64,000 bases of DNA from an uncultured Gammaproteobacteria bacterium. Lineage in GTDB: Bacteria > Pseudomonadota > Gammaproteobacteria > JAURND01. Below the pieces are notes generated by a model. The model worked only from the letters and a program-made list of their open reading frames with translations, was not told where the DNA came from and did not search any database. The translations under genes were made by a program, and so were the position numbers. Of this stretch, positions 10,251 to 20,115 are shown piece by piece. Numbering within the stretch: position 1 is the stretch's first letter; every line of letters begins with the position of its first letter. The stretch lies in NCBI GenBank assembly GCA_963714975.1, contig CAVQQD010000001.1, positions 388,136 to 452,135 on the forward strand, in the 5' to 3' direction.

Positions 10251-11134
10251 ATGAATTTTTTTAATAATGAAACGTGGAAAGTAAAAGCTCGGATTAGCCG
10301 AAATGTTAAAAGGCGGGGTAATCATGGACGTCACCACGCCAGCACAGGCCATCATAGCCGAAGCGGCGGGTGCCTGTGCGGTAATGGCATTAGAGCGTAT
10401 CCCTCAGATATCCGTCGAATAGGGGGGTGGCCCGTATGTCCTCTCCCAAAATCATCCAAGAAATAATGTCTGCAGTTTCCATTCCCGTGATGGCGAAAGC
10501 CCGTATCGGGCATTTTGCCGAAGCCAAGTATTGCAGGCGCTTGAAGTAGATTTCGTAGATGAAAGTGAAGTATTACGCCAGCAGATGAGGAGCACCATAT
10601 CAATAAGCATGATTTCCGTGTGCCCTTCGTCTGTGGTTGCCGCAATTTAGGAGAAGCGCTGCGCCGGATTGCCGAGGGTGCTGCCATGATACGCACTAAA
10701 GGTGAAGCGGGATCTGGCAATATCGTGGAAGCTGTTCGTCATATGCGTGCCATCATCAGTGAGATGCGCCGGTTGACAGTGTTGAGCCCAGAAGAACATC
10801 TTCGGCAGCTAAGAAATTAGCAGCCCCATTGGAATTAGTAAGTGGGTAGCTGAACATGGAAAACTTACCCGTCCCAATTTTTCTGCAGGAGGAATTTCCA
10901 CCCCAGCCGATGCTTCTTTAGTCCGGCAATTAGGTGCAGAAGCGGTATTCGTAGGCTCAGGCATTTTCAAATCCAGCGACCCTGAGGCGCGCGCTCGAAG
11001 CCATCGTCATCGCGACTACACATTATGATAATCCCCAGAGTGGTCCTTGAGGCCTCTCACATTTGGGTGATGCGATGCCTGGATAGATATTCGCCTATTA
11101 CCGACATGAGCTACTGCAAAATCGCAGCGAATAA
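10251..11134 (+). CDS. pdxS: PLP synthase subunit PdxS (several apparent indel errors)
   Basis: [74 protein letters not shown] in shifting frames. Confidence 0.92.
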
Positions 11135-11137
11135 TTT

Positions 11138-11767
11138 ATGCGCATTGGTATTTTAGCGTTGCAAGGTGGATATGCTGCCCATGCGGAAGATGTTGAGCAG
11201 ATTAAATATTGCCTGGTGTTATGTGCGCCAAGTTGCGGACTTGACCCAGATTAATGGTCTTATTTTACCAGGCGGCGAAAGCTCAACAGCGTTGCTACTG
11301 CTACACCGAGAAGGCCTAGATAAAGCGATCCGAGCAGCAAGTGCTCAGGGCTTGCCCTTATTTGGCACTTGCGCGGGGGCTATTTTATTGGCAAAGCAGG
11401 TTCTATCACCTCCCCAAGCGAGCTTAGGTTTAGTGGATGTGAGCATTCAGCGTAATGCCTACGGGCGCCAACTCGCCAGTCATGTTGCCCAAGGACAGAG
11501 CTCACTGCAGTCAGAACCTATGGAAATGGTATTTATTCGCGCACCCCGTTTCTTGGAATGGGGCGAGAATGTGAAGGTAATCGCCTCACTTGCTGACGAA
11601 GCTGTTTGCCTGCAACAAGACCGCATTCTACTCGCAACCTTCCACCCCGAGCTGACTACAGATAGATCTTGCATCGTTATTTTATTGAGCTTTGTATAGA
11701 GAATTCCCTTCTCCCATTTATGGGAGAAGGTGGCCGCAGGCCGGATGAGGGTGCATCAGTTGGCTGA
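11138..11767 (+). CDS. pdxT: PLP synthase glutaminase PdxT (two apparent indels; the corrected C-terminus runs through a REP)
   Basis: MRIGILALQG, LILPGGES, GTCAG, FIRAP, FHPEL, then LHRYF in a shifted frame. Confidence 0.9.
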
Positions 11768-11861
11768 AAGTGTGACGAAAGCGCCAACCCATCGCAGGCG
11801 ATGGTAGAATTTTTGAGCCCTAGTTTTTCAGCGGAATCTATTGTAGGATTTACGTCCCGTT

Positions 11862-11938
11862 GGCTATGTAGCTCAGCTGGTTAGAGCGCGGCACTCATAA
11901 TGCTGAGGTCGGTGGTTCGAGTCCACCCATAGCCACCA
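11862..11938 (+). tRNA. tRNA-Met (elongator, anticodon CAT)
   Basis: 77 nt; acceptor stem GGCTATG/CATAGCC, anticodon loop CTCATAA, GGTTCGA T-arm, encoded CCA. Confidence 0.95.
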
Positions 11939-12110
11939 ACTTTTTTTTGTCGAGTTCATGCAGAAAGTCCCTGTTGGCCTCAGTATTAGCACAATCAGTA
12001 ATGCGCATTTTACCGTCCGGCGTTGGCAGTTCAATTCCATTCTCAGCCCCGCAAGTCAAATTTTCTGGGTTAGTGCTGTTGTAGCGAAGACGGTGGGTAT
12101 GTTGCAGCAC

Positions 12111-12578
12111 TCAACTAATAATACAGCTGACGGAACCCGGCCTTAAATATTTCATTTCCTTTGCTTGTTCATTTCCACCTCCCCCATGCAAAGAGACACT
12201 GCGGGTATCGATTTTCAACTGCTTAAAAACACTATCTACACGAGACATTATATTTTCATCATGACTGTTGATGGCCATTTCAGATATTTGTCTTGTTTGA
12301 TCTTTTAACTGCTCGACAAACTTGGGCTGACTTGGCCATGGTTCGTTTTCCATAAAATACAACAGCATCTCCGAATTCTGTTGTTGTATAACATAATCCA
12401 GAATGCGTAAATTATGAACAAGTGGGGTAGCTAACAAATTATAAATTCTATCACTACCCTTTTTTGCTTCTTCTACAAAAAAACTCTGGTTCCGATTATC
12501 AATAGCGATTTTCACTTGTTGCTTAAATTTTTCTTCAGGTACCCAAGTAAACATAGAAGGATGAGACGGATTAAACAT
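12111..12578 (-). CDS. Hypothetical protein, possibly truncated, convergent on tRNA-Met
   Basis: 155-aa ORF with SD AGGAG; the frame reopens after TGA and runs into the tRNA. Confidence 0.5.
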   Translation of the reverse strand: MFNPSHPSMFTWVPEEKFKQQVKIAIDNRNQSFFVEEAKKGSDRIYNLLATPLVHNLRILDYVIQQQNSEMLLYFMENEPWPSQPKFVEQLKDQTRQISEMAINSHDENIMSRVDSVFKQLKIDTRSVSLHGGGGNEQAKEMKYLRPGSVSCIIS

Positions 12579-12870
12579 AATGACTCCTATTTACACCCAA
12601 GACAAAATGGGCAATGTGAAAGTTATATTTTTTTCCTTTTTCATAAAAAGCATCCACTCGACCTTGAAGGAATGGTTCAACCAAGAAACTAATCCGAAAA
12701 ACCAAGCAAGTCAAATTTTTTTGGGTTAGCTGCAATCAAAGCGCTGCGGGAGAAGGGAGTTTTGAAGAGGCACGGAGCCCCAGCGAGGAGTAGGAATTCC
12801 GCTGGTTGTTAATTGAAGTTGCTAGCGGTATAGTTATGCGCAGTTCCTAATGAACACGAAGGATTTATTT

Positions 12871-13647
12871 ATGAAAAAATTCGTTTCCCTTTTGCTGTTC
12901 CTGTTAGCACTTGGCTTACCTGCTTATGGCCAGCAAAAAGTTGTGGATGTAGCTCATTTTTTTCAGGGAAAAAATGGTTGCTTTCTCTTGTATAACCTAA
13001 GCCAAAATCAATGGATGACCGCTTATAATCCGGCGCGCTGTGCTGAAAGAATTTCTCCTTATTCGACCTTCAAAATACCACTTTCGTTGATGGCCTTTGA
13101 CCAGCATGTAATTTCACAAAATACCAGATTTAAATGGGATGGTCAGGATAAAGGTAGACCTGAATGGAATCAGGATCAAACTCCGCAAACTTGGCTCAAG
13201 TATTCTGTAGTTTGGGTTTCTCAGTTACTAACACCCCAATTAGGGTTAGATAAAATCAAAAATTATTTGCGAATATTTAATTATGGCAATCAGGATTTCT
13301 CCGGTGGCCTAACTACCGCCTGGTTGGGAAGCAGCTTGAAAATTTCTGCAGATGAACAATTGCAGTTTATGAAAAATTTGGTGAACAATAAGCTACCCAT
13401 TTCCTCAGCAGCAATGAACAATACCAAGCAGAATTTATATTTGCAAACCTCTCCACAGGGTTGGAAACTCTATGGTAAAAGCGGCAGTGGTGCTAATGAA
13501 GGATGGTTTATTGGCTATGTACAAAAAGATCAGAAAACGTACCTGTTTGCTCTTAATTTTACCCAACCACCTTCTGCAACACCTGCCGGTACTCAAGCTA
13601 GGGATTTAGCCCAAAAATTGCTTATGCAGTGGGGGCCATTTTTTTGA
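12871..13647 (+). CDS. Class D (OXA-type) beta-lactamase
   Basis: Signal peptide; STFK, SVV, YGN and KSG motifs. Confidence 0.92.
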   Translation: MKKFVSLLLFLLALGLPAYGQQKVVDVAHFFQGKNGCFLLYNLSQNQWMTAYNPARCAERISPYSTFKIPLSLMAFDQHVISQNTRFKWDGQDKGRPEWNQDQTPQTWLKYSVVWVSQLLTPQLGLDKIKNYLRIFNYGNQDFSGGLTTAWLGSSLKISADEQLQFMKNLVNNKLPISSAAMNNTKQNLYLQTSPQGWKLYGKSGSGANEGWFIGYVQKDQKTYLFALNFTQPPSATPAGTQARDLAQKLLMQWGPFF

Positions 13648-13656
13648 ACCAAGTTC

Positions 13657-14667
13657 TTAAACATTACGGTTGATAGCAAACTGCGCAATCTCTAATAAAC
13701 CCCGCTTATAATCACTGTCGGGAAAAATTGCTAAGGCTGTTTCTGCTAATTGTATATAGCGTGTGGCACAGGTGTGAACATAATTAAACGCTCGGGTCGT
13801 TTTCATAATAGTTAAAATGACCTTAAAATCTTCTAATCCGCCTTGTTTTACTGCCTCGCGAATTAGCTTAGCTTCCTGGGGCGTTCCTTGTTGCATCGCA
13901 TAAAGTAAGGGTAAGGTCACCTTACCTTCTGCTAAATCATCCCCCAAATTTTTACCACTTTGCGTTGAAGAGACGGCATAATCCAAGCAATCATCAATCA
14001 TTTGAAACCCCATACCCAAATTTAGTCCATACTCGTATAAAGCCTGTATCTCAACAGCAGGGCTATTAGCAATCATTGCGCCAATCTTGGTCGCGGCGGC
14101 AAAAAGGATGGCAGTTTTACAGCGAATGACTTCAAAATAATGCGCTTCAGATACCTCTGGGTTATGACGATTAACAAGCTGCAAGACTTCACCCTGGGCG
14201 ATGACATTCGTGGTTTGTGCTATCACCTCAATAATATCCAAGTTGCCGACTTGACTTAAGACTTGCATCGCACGGGAGTATAAAAAATCCCCCACTAAAA
14301 CGCTGAAAGAATTACCCCAAATGGTATTCGCTGTGGGCTGGCCACGACGTAAGCTAGACATATCAACGACATCATCATGCAACAAAGTGGCGGTATGAAT
14401 ATATTCAATCATCGCCGCTAATTTAATATGAGTATCACCCGCATATTGGCTAATTTTAGCGCTCAACAAAGTGAGTAAGGGGCGCAAACGCTTACCGCCA
14501 CTGCTGATGATATGCTCTGCCGCAGTACGGATTTGCAAAATCGGCGAATCGAGATGGTTTAAAATTAATTGATTAACTTGTTCAAAATCAACCTTCACGA
14601 GTTGGCGTGTAAACTCCAACGAGGCTTGTTGAGAGGTATTAGGATGGTTTGTTAATTCTGATGCCAT
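13657..14667 (-). CDS. ispB: Octaprenyl-diphosphate synthase
   Basis: GGKRLRP, LLHDDVVD, RRG, FQMIDD, DDLAEGK. Confidence 0.93.
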   Translation of the reverse strand: MASELTNHPNTSQQASLEFTRQLVKVDFEQVNQLILNHLDSPILQIRTAAEHIISSGGKRLRPLLTLLSAKISQYAGDTHIKLAAMIEYIHTATLLHDDVVDMSSLRRGQPTANTIWGNSFSVLVGDFLYSRAMQVLSQVGNLDIIEVIAQTTNVIAQGEVLQLVNRHNPEVSEAHYFEVIRCKTAILFAAATKIGAMIANSPAVEIQALYEYGLNLGMGFQMIDDCLDYAVSSTQSGKNLGDDLAEGKVTLPLLYAMQQGTPQEAKLIREAVKQGGLEDFKVILTIMKTTRAFNYVHTCATRYIQLAETALAIFPDSDYKRGLLEIAQFAINRNV

Positions 14668-14705
14668 TGATTTTCGCTTAACCGTTGTTTAAAATGCTCG
14701 TTCCT

Positions 14706-15332
14706 ATGACAGATTTTTTCTCTACATTCCTTATCATCGCCAGTATGCATTTTCTAGGGGTGATTGCACCAGGCCCTGACTTTGTGTTGGTGGCTCGTAA
14801 TGCCCTACTTTACCCACGTCGCACGGCAATTTATACGGCTTTGGGTATTGCTTTAGGCATTATTGTCCATGTTAGCTATTGCGTGCTCGGATTGGCTGTT
14901 ATTATTTCTCACTCCGTGACGTTGTTTTCCATACTCAAATACTTAGGCGGCGCTTACTTAATTTATCTTGGCGTAAAAGCTTTACTCCCCGAAAAAACCA
15001 GTTCACCGGGATCTCCTACCCATTCCTGCACCTCTGCCATTTCAAATCGACAAGCGATATGGCAGGGATTTTTATGTAATGGCCTCAATGTAAAAGCATC
15101 TTTGTTTTTTTTGGGGCTATTTACTTTGGCTATTAAACCTTCTACCCCTTGGGGTTGGCAAGTTTTTTATGCAGCTTGGATGGTGATGGCGACATTTTTG
15201 TGGTTCACGGTACTTTCAATAATTATTACCAATCCACAGGTACGTGCTCGGCTCCTGTCTATCCAACCTTGGGTTATCAAGATAATGGGCGTTGTATTGA
15301 TTGTCTTTGGGGTTGGATTAGTTATTTGGTGA
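14706..15332 (+). CDS. LysE/RhtB family exporter
   Basis: APGPDF, GGAYLIYLG, multiple TM helices. Confidence 0.9.
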   Translation: MTDFFSTFLIIASMHFLGVIAPGPDFVLVARNALLYPRRTAIYTALGIALGIIVHVSYCVLGLAVIISHSVTLFSILKYLGGAYLIYLGVKALLPEKTSSPGSPTHSCTSAISNRQAIWQGFLCNGLNVKASLFFLGLFTLAIKPSTPWGWQVFYAAWMVMATFLWFTVLSIIITNPQVRARLLSIQPWVIKIMGVVLIVFGVGLVIW

Positions 15333-15337
15333 GGCCT

Positions 15338-16114
15338 ATGCGTTTAATTCGAGTCTATTGTTCCCAGCCACTGAGTACAGGGTCCGAAGTGATACTGACT
15401 CCCCAAACCAGTCATCATTTGCTGCAGGTATTGCGGTTAAAATCAGGGGCAAAACTGAATGTATTTGACGGCAGGGGAAATGAATTTAGTGCCGAGCTGA
15501 TGCTGGAGCCAAAAGGGCAGGCTCGAGTTTTGATCGCTGAAAAACAAGCCAGTCTAAGCGAATCTCCGTTGCATATTCACTTGATCCAAGGGATATCCCG
15601 AGGGGAGAAAATGGACTACACCTTGCAAAAAGCGGTGGAATTAGGAGTGTCCGAAATCACGCCTTTGTTCACAGCTTTTTGTGAAGTGAAATTGAATCCT
15701 GAGCGTCTGGAAAAACGCCTTGAGCATTGGCGCATGATTATGATGAATGCGTGCGAACAATGTGGTCGAAGCTATTTGCCTCGTCTCAATGCTCCTGCTT
15801 ATTTTAAAGCATGGATAGGAGGAAAGGGGGATAGCGGGGATTTGCTGCGCCTGATTTTAACACCCACAGCATCGCAACGTTTATTAAATTTCGACGTAAA
15901 TCCTACGAGAGTCACATTAGTCATAGGCCCCGAAGGGGGATTTAGCGAAGAAGAACTTATAATTGCCCAACAACAAGGTTTCATAGGATGGCGCTTAGGT
16001 CCGAGAATACTGCGCACAGAAACCGCCGGCCTTGCGGCTATTAGCGCCCTCCAAATGCATTGGGGGGATTTCTCCCCTCTCCCCCAAAAAAGTATTGTGA
16101 GAGAAGGAATTTGA
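15338..16114 (+). CDS. rsmE: 16S rRNA m3U1498 methyltransferase RsmE
   Basis: HLLQVLRL, QKAVELGV, ACEQC, IGPEGGF, LGPRILRTETA. Confidence 0.95.
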   Translation: MRLIRVYCSQPLSTGSEVILTPQTSHHLLQVLRLKSGAKLNVFDGRGNEFSAELMLEPKGQARVLIAEKQASLSESPLHIHLIQGISRGEKMDYTLQKAVELGVSEITPLFTAFCEVKLNPERLEKRLEHWRMIMMNACEQCGRSYLPRLNAPAYFKAWIGGKGDSGDLLRLILTPTASQRLLNFDVNPTRVTLVIGPEGGFSEEELIIAQQQGFIGWRLGPRILRTETAGLAAISALQMHWGDFSPLPQKSIVREGI

Positions 16115-16163
16115 TGCCAAAATGCTAAGCGGTAATTAAGCTAATAAATAAAAGGAGAGCAAT

Positions 16164-16550
16164 ATGAATAAAAAAATCTTGTTAACGGGTATTATGTTAA
16201 CTCTGGGCGCAATCTCTGCCTATGCTGGAAAAAATCCAGGGGATGTGAACTTTCGTACTGATAAAAGTCTAGAGAGCCACCCCGTTCGTTATCAACTTGT
16301 TTTTAGTGATGGATTAACCGTAGGGTACACCGGGTGTTTATCACCAAGTCCTAATTACTCTCCATCGGGTGTTCTACCGGTCTCTGTCATTGGGAATCGT
16401 GCCGGCTCAGTAAAAATTATGGTACAAGATTGTGCAATTGCTGCCGCCCCGATTGCGCTGCCTTCTTTCGAGTATTCTTCGCGATCTTCCTATTACTTAG
16501 CCTGCAGTTTCGATGGCAAGGGAGGATTTTGTCGTCAAGAAAAACCTTAG
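16164..16550 (+). CDS. Secreted hypothetical protein
   Basis: SD AAGGAG, Sec-type signal peptide, four Cys. Confidence 0.7.
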   Translation: MNKKILLTGIMLTLGAISAYAGKNPGDVNFRTDKSLESHPVRYQLVFSDGLTVGYTGCLSPSPNYSPSGVLPVSVIGNRAGSVKIMVQDCAIAAAPIALPSFEYSSRSSYYLACSFDGKGGFCRQEKP

Positions 16551-16610
16551 TCGGGCACCAATACTAAAACTCCTGCTCCCACAAGGGGAGAAGGAATATT
16601 GCCATTAACA

Positions 16611-16650
16611 TTGTGGTGAATGGTTACAAAAATTGTAACTATTCACCACA
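16611..16650. mobile_element. Two abutted MITE ends (TGGTGAATGGTTAC-N7-GTAACTATTCACCA) upstream of sdhC
   Basis: Same terminal repeat as the element at 34703-34923, arranged right end then left end. Confidence 0.6.
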
Positions 16651-16688
16651 TTGCCAAAGTTGTGCCCGGATAAAACTGGAGGTGGTCA

Positions 16689-17060
16689 TTGAGCTTGCAG
16701 AGACCTATTTATTTAAATTTATTGCAAATTCGCTTGCCTTGCCCTGGGCTAGTTTCGATTCTGCATCGCACCTCAGGAATTTTGATTTTTTTACTCCTGC
16801 CCTTTTTGTTTTGCTTACTTGCTGCCTCGTTGCATGAAGACTCGTTTAATCAAATACAAAACTGGCTAGCAAGACCCTGGCTTCGTTTCACAATTTGGGT
16901 TATTTTAAGTGCCCTAACTTACCACCTCGTGGCAGGAATTCGGCATTTGCTTATGGACGCTGGCATTGGCGAAAATCTTAAAATAGCGCGTTTTAGTGCC
17001 TACTTAACTTTGATTATTTCAGCAATCTTGATTGCGTTACTGGGAATTTGGTTATGGTAG
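16689..17060 (+). CDS. sdhC: Succinate dehydrogenase cytochrome b556 subunit
   Basis: RPIYLNL, SILHRTSG, YHLVAGIRHLLMD. Confidence 0.95.
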   Translation: MSLQRPIYLNLLQIRLPCPGLVSILHRTSGILIFLLLPFLFCLLAASLHEDSFNQIQNWLARPWLRFTIWVILSALTYHLVAGIRHLLMDAGIGENLKIARFSAYLTLIISAILIALLGIWLW

Positions 17061-17401
17061 AAAGTGTCACCAGCCTCACTCGCAGCGGTTTACGGGATTG
17101 GCTCATTCAACGTGTCACCGCTATTGTTCTCGCGGTATATACCCTATTCTTGTTTGCCTACGTCTTATGCCATCGGCCGCTTAGCTATGATCAATGGCAG
17201 CATTTATTTGCCAATGGTTTCATGCGGGTCTTTACTTTTTTGACCTTGCTGAGCTTGATGTATCACACCTGGATCGGCATTTGGACCGTGATTACCGATT
17301 ACATCAAGCCTCCCGTGCTACGGTTGCTGTTGCAAGTGTTAGTTTTTCTTGTATTGTTGGGTTATGTAGTTTGGGGTATTGATATTGTTTGGGGGGTTTA
17401 A
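17054..17401 (+). CDS. sdhD: Succinate dehydrogenase membrane anchor
   Basis: GLRDWLIQRVTA, HTWIG, TDYIK. Confidence 0.95.
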   Translation: MVESVTSLTRSGLRDWLIQRVTAIVLAVYTLFLFAYVLCHRPLSYDQWQHLFANGFMRVFTFLTLLSLMYHTWIGIWTVITDYIKPPVLRLLLQVLVFLVLLGYVVWGIDIVWGV

Positions 17402-17407
17402 GTACGC

Positions 17408-19169
17408 ATGGGTTTATCTGAGCATATATTTGACGCCATCATTATCGGCGCTGGGGGGGCTGGCCAACGCGCCTCACTTCAACTAGCACAATCCGGCAAA
17501 AAAGTTGCGCTGATTTCAAAGGTTTATCCTACACGATCCCATACCGTCGCTGCCCAAGGCGGTGTTAATGCGGCTTTAGGTAATATGGGGCCTGATGATT
17601 GGCGCTGGCACATGTACGATACCGTGATGGGATTCTGATTTTCTCGGCGATCAGGATGCCATTGAATACATGTGTAAACATGCGTCAGCGACGGTGATTG
17701 AACTTGAGCACATGGGCCTGCCTTTTTCCCGCACCAAAGAACAAAAAATCTACCAACGAGCTTTTGGTGGTCAAACCTTAAATTTTGGTGGGGACCTAGC
17801 TCATCGGACCTGTTGTGCCGCTGACCGAACCGGTCATGCCATGCTGCATACCTTATTCCAAAAAAATCTTGAAGCTAAAACCAACTTTTATAATGAGTGG
17901 TATGCCGTCGACCTCGTAAGATCGACCAGTGGTGGCATAGCTGGCGTAATTGCGATTTGCATTGAAACTGGAGAAGTGGCTTTTTTACGCAGTCGCGCGA
18001 CTATTTTAGCTACCGGAGGCGCCGGGCGAATTTTTCAAACCACCACCAATGCTTATACCTGTACTGGAGATGGTTTGGGCTTGGTAATGCGGGCAGGCTT
18101 ACCACTGCAAGACATGGAAATGTGGCAATTCCACCCCACGGGAGTCGCCGGGGTTGGGGTCCTGATTACCGAAGGGGCGCGGGGAGAAGGTGGTTATTTA
18201 GTGAATAAAAATGGTGAGCGTTATATGGAGCGTTATGCGCCTCATCTTAAAGATCTTTCTTGTCGGGATATTGTGGCGCGTGCTTCGATGATGGAAATAC
18301 GCGAAGGTCGAGGTTTAGGCCCCAATGGGGATTATGTACTATTGAAGTTGGATCACTTGAGTGCCGAAGTATTACACGAGCGCCTGCCTAGTATCACCGC
18401 GATTGCCAAAACCTTTGCTGGAGTTGACCCCACTAAAGAGCCTATTCCTGTAGTTCCCACCTGTCATTATCTCATGGGGGGTATCCCGACCAACATTCAC
18501 GGGCAGGTATTAACGCTAGACAAAAAAGGCAGTGATCATATCATTGAAGGCCTGTACGCCGCTGGCGAGTGCGCCTGCGTTTCTGTGCATGGCGCCAATC
18601 GTCTTGGCGCCAATTCCTTATTAGATATTGTCGTGTTTGGACGCGCTGCTGGCCTCCATCTGGAGCAAGCCTTACAAGATGGTTTGCCTATGCCCGAAGT
18701 AAGTTCTGGTGAAATTGACTCTGCTTTACAGCGCCTGCAACGTTGGAATCGTTCTCAAAATGGTGAAGATATCGACGAAGTCCGCAAAGCAATGCGGAAA
18801 ATCATGCAGGAAGATTTTGGCGTATTTCGTGATGGACCCACCATGAAAGAGGGTTTAAGTAAGTTAAGTGTGCTAAAAGAACGTCTGCTTTTGGCTAGCT
18901 TGAAAGATAAAAGCAAAATTTTCAACACAGCGCGTATAGAAGCACTAGAATTAGATAATATGATGGAAGTTGCCTTAGCGACAGCGGTCTGTGCAGAAAA
19001 TCGGCGTGAAAGCCGTGGAGGCCATTCTCGCTTTGATTACGAGAATCGAGATGACCAAAATTGGCTCAAACATAGCTTATATTTTAGGGATGGCCGCATA
19101 GCTTATCGGTCAGTGAACCAAAAACCTTCCGAGATGAATCCGATTGAATTGAAACAGAGAGATCATTAA
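17408..19169 (+). CDS. sdhA: Succinate dehydrogenase flavoprotein (one apparent indel near 17630)
   Basis: [35 protein letters not shown]. Confidence 0.95.
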
Positions 19170-19952
19170 ATGACATCTTGCAAATTGAAACAAGCGGCAG
19201 AATCGGCAGTGGTGACCAAAGCAACTGAATTAGGAGCGCCGAAAAATAGGCAGTTATCCGTAGAAGTTTATCGCTTTAGGCCCGATCAAGATCCGAAGCC
19301 TTTTATGCAACGTTACCAGGTCAATAGCCTGGATTGTCCTGGGGTGATGGTGTTGGATTTGTTGGAAGCGATTAAAATTCAAGATCCCAGTCTCACCTTC
19401 AGACGTTCCTGTAGTGAAGGGGTGTGTGGCTCCGATGGCATGAACATCAATGGCAAAAATCGCTTGGCTTGTGTCTCCTCGTTTTTAGATTTGGGGGATT
19501 CTATCGTCATTAGGCCTCTACCTGGATTTCCAGTGATTCGTGACCTAATTGTCGATATGAAGCAATTTTTTGCCCAATATGAACGGGTCAAACCTTATTT
19601 ACAAAATGATCAGCCCGTCCCCGAAAAAGAGCGCTTGCAGTCGATTGAAGATCGGGCGAAATTAGATGGACTTTATGAATGCATTTTATGTGCCTGTTGT
19701 TCCAGTTCCTGTCCTTCTTATTGGTGGAACCCAGACAAATTTTTGGGACCCGCACCGTTGCTATGGGCCAACCGTTTTATTGTCGATAGTCGCGATACGT
19801 TTAAGCAACAACGTTTAGAGGAATTACAAGACCCCTACAGCTTGATGCGTTGTCGCACCATCATGAGTTGCGCTGATGTATGTCCTAAGGAACTTAACCC
19901 TACTAAGGCCATTGGACATATTCGTCAGGAGATGTTAGAAGAGTTTGTGTAA
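19170..19952 (+). CDS. sdhB: Succinate dehydrogenase Fe-S subunit with an N-terminal extension
   Basis: SCSEGVCGSD, CILCACCSSSCP, CRTIMSCADVCP. Confidence 0.96.
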   Translation: MTSCKLKQAAESAVVTKATELGAPKNRQLSVEVYRFRPDQDPKPFMQRYQVNSLDCPGVMVLDLLEAIKIQDPSLTFRRSCSEGVCGSDGMNINGKNRLACVSSFLDLGDSIVIRPLPGFPVIRDLIVDMKQFFAQYERVKPYLQNDQPVPEKERLQSIEDRAKLDGLYECILCACCSSSCPSYWWNPDKFLGPAPLLWANRFIVDSRDTFKQQRLEELQDPYSLMRCRTIMSCADVCPKELNPTKAIGHIRQEMLEEFV

Positions 19953-19954
19953 AA

Positions 19955-20094
19955 TCCCCCTTCTCCCACTTGTGGGAGAAGGTGCCGAAGGCGGATGAGG
20001 GAGTTTGAATGGCTTTTGTTTTCCTGAGTAAAAGCCAACTAAGGCACCCTCATCCGGCCTGCGGCCACCTTCTCCCGCAAACGGGAGAAGGGAT
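19955..20094. repeat. Inverted REP doublet (REPIN-like) between sdhB and sucA
   Basis: CCTTCTCCCACTTGTGGGAGAAGG...GGATGAGGG, spacer, CCCTCATCCGG...CCTTCTCCC..GGGAGAAGGG; related copies near 11705, 16574, 23003, 25548, 31919, 34725, 42172, 48997, 51277, 57818. Confidence 0.9.
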
Positions 20095-20115
20095 TTCTTC
20101 AACGAGGCTTTGTAT

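Noticed and set aside
8783-11700. Frameshifts in dnaA, pdxS and pdxT (also sdhA, sucA, surA) as pseudogenes or programmed frameshifting
   Set aside because: They are single-base indels clustered locally in conserved or essential genes with intact motifs, which fits assembly error best.
11895-12110. ORF overlapping tRNA-Met, or TGA read-through at 12111
   Set aside because: Its C-terminus is the antisense translation of the tRNA, and TGA and TAG end many normal genes here, so there is no sign of recoding.
15149-15337. Long N-terminal extensions in the ORF track (rsmE from 15149, pyrC from 38142, porin from 39766, pmm from 29232)
   Set aside because: They overlap neighbours or precede the conserved start; downstream starts fit the families better.
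16124-16160. PmrA-like box before the secreted protein at 16164
   Set aside because: CTAA..TTAA has the right spacing but poor half-sites and no convincing -10.
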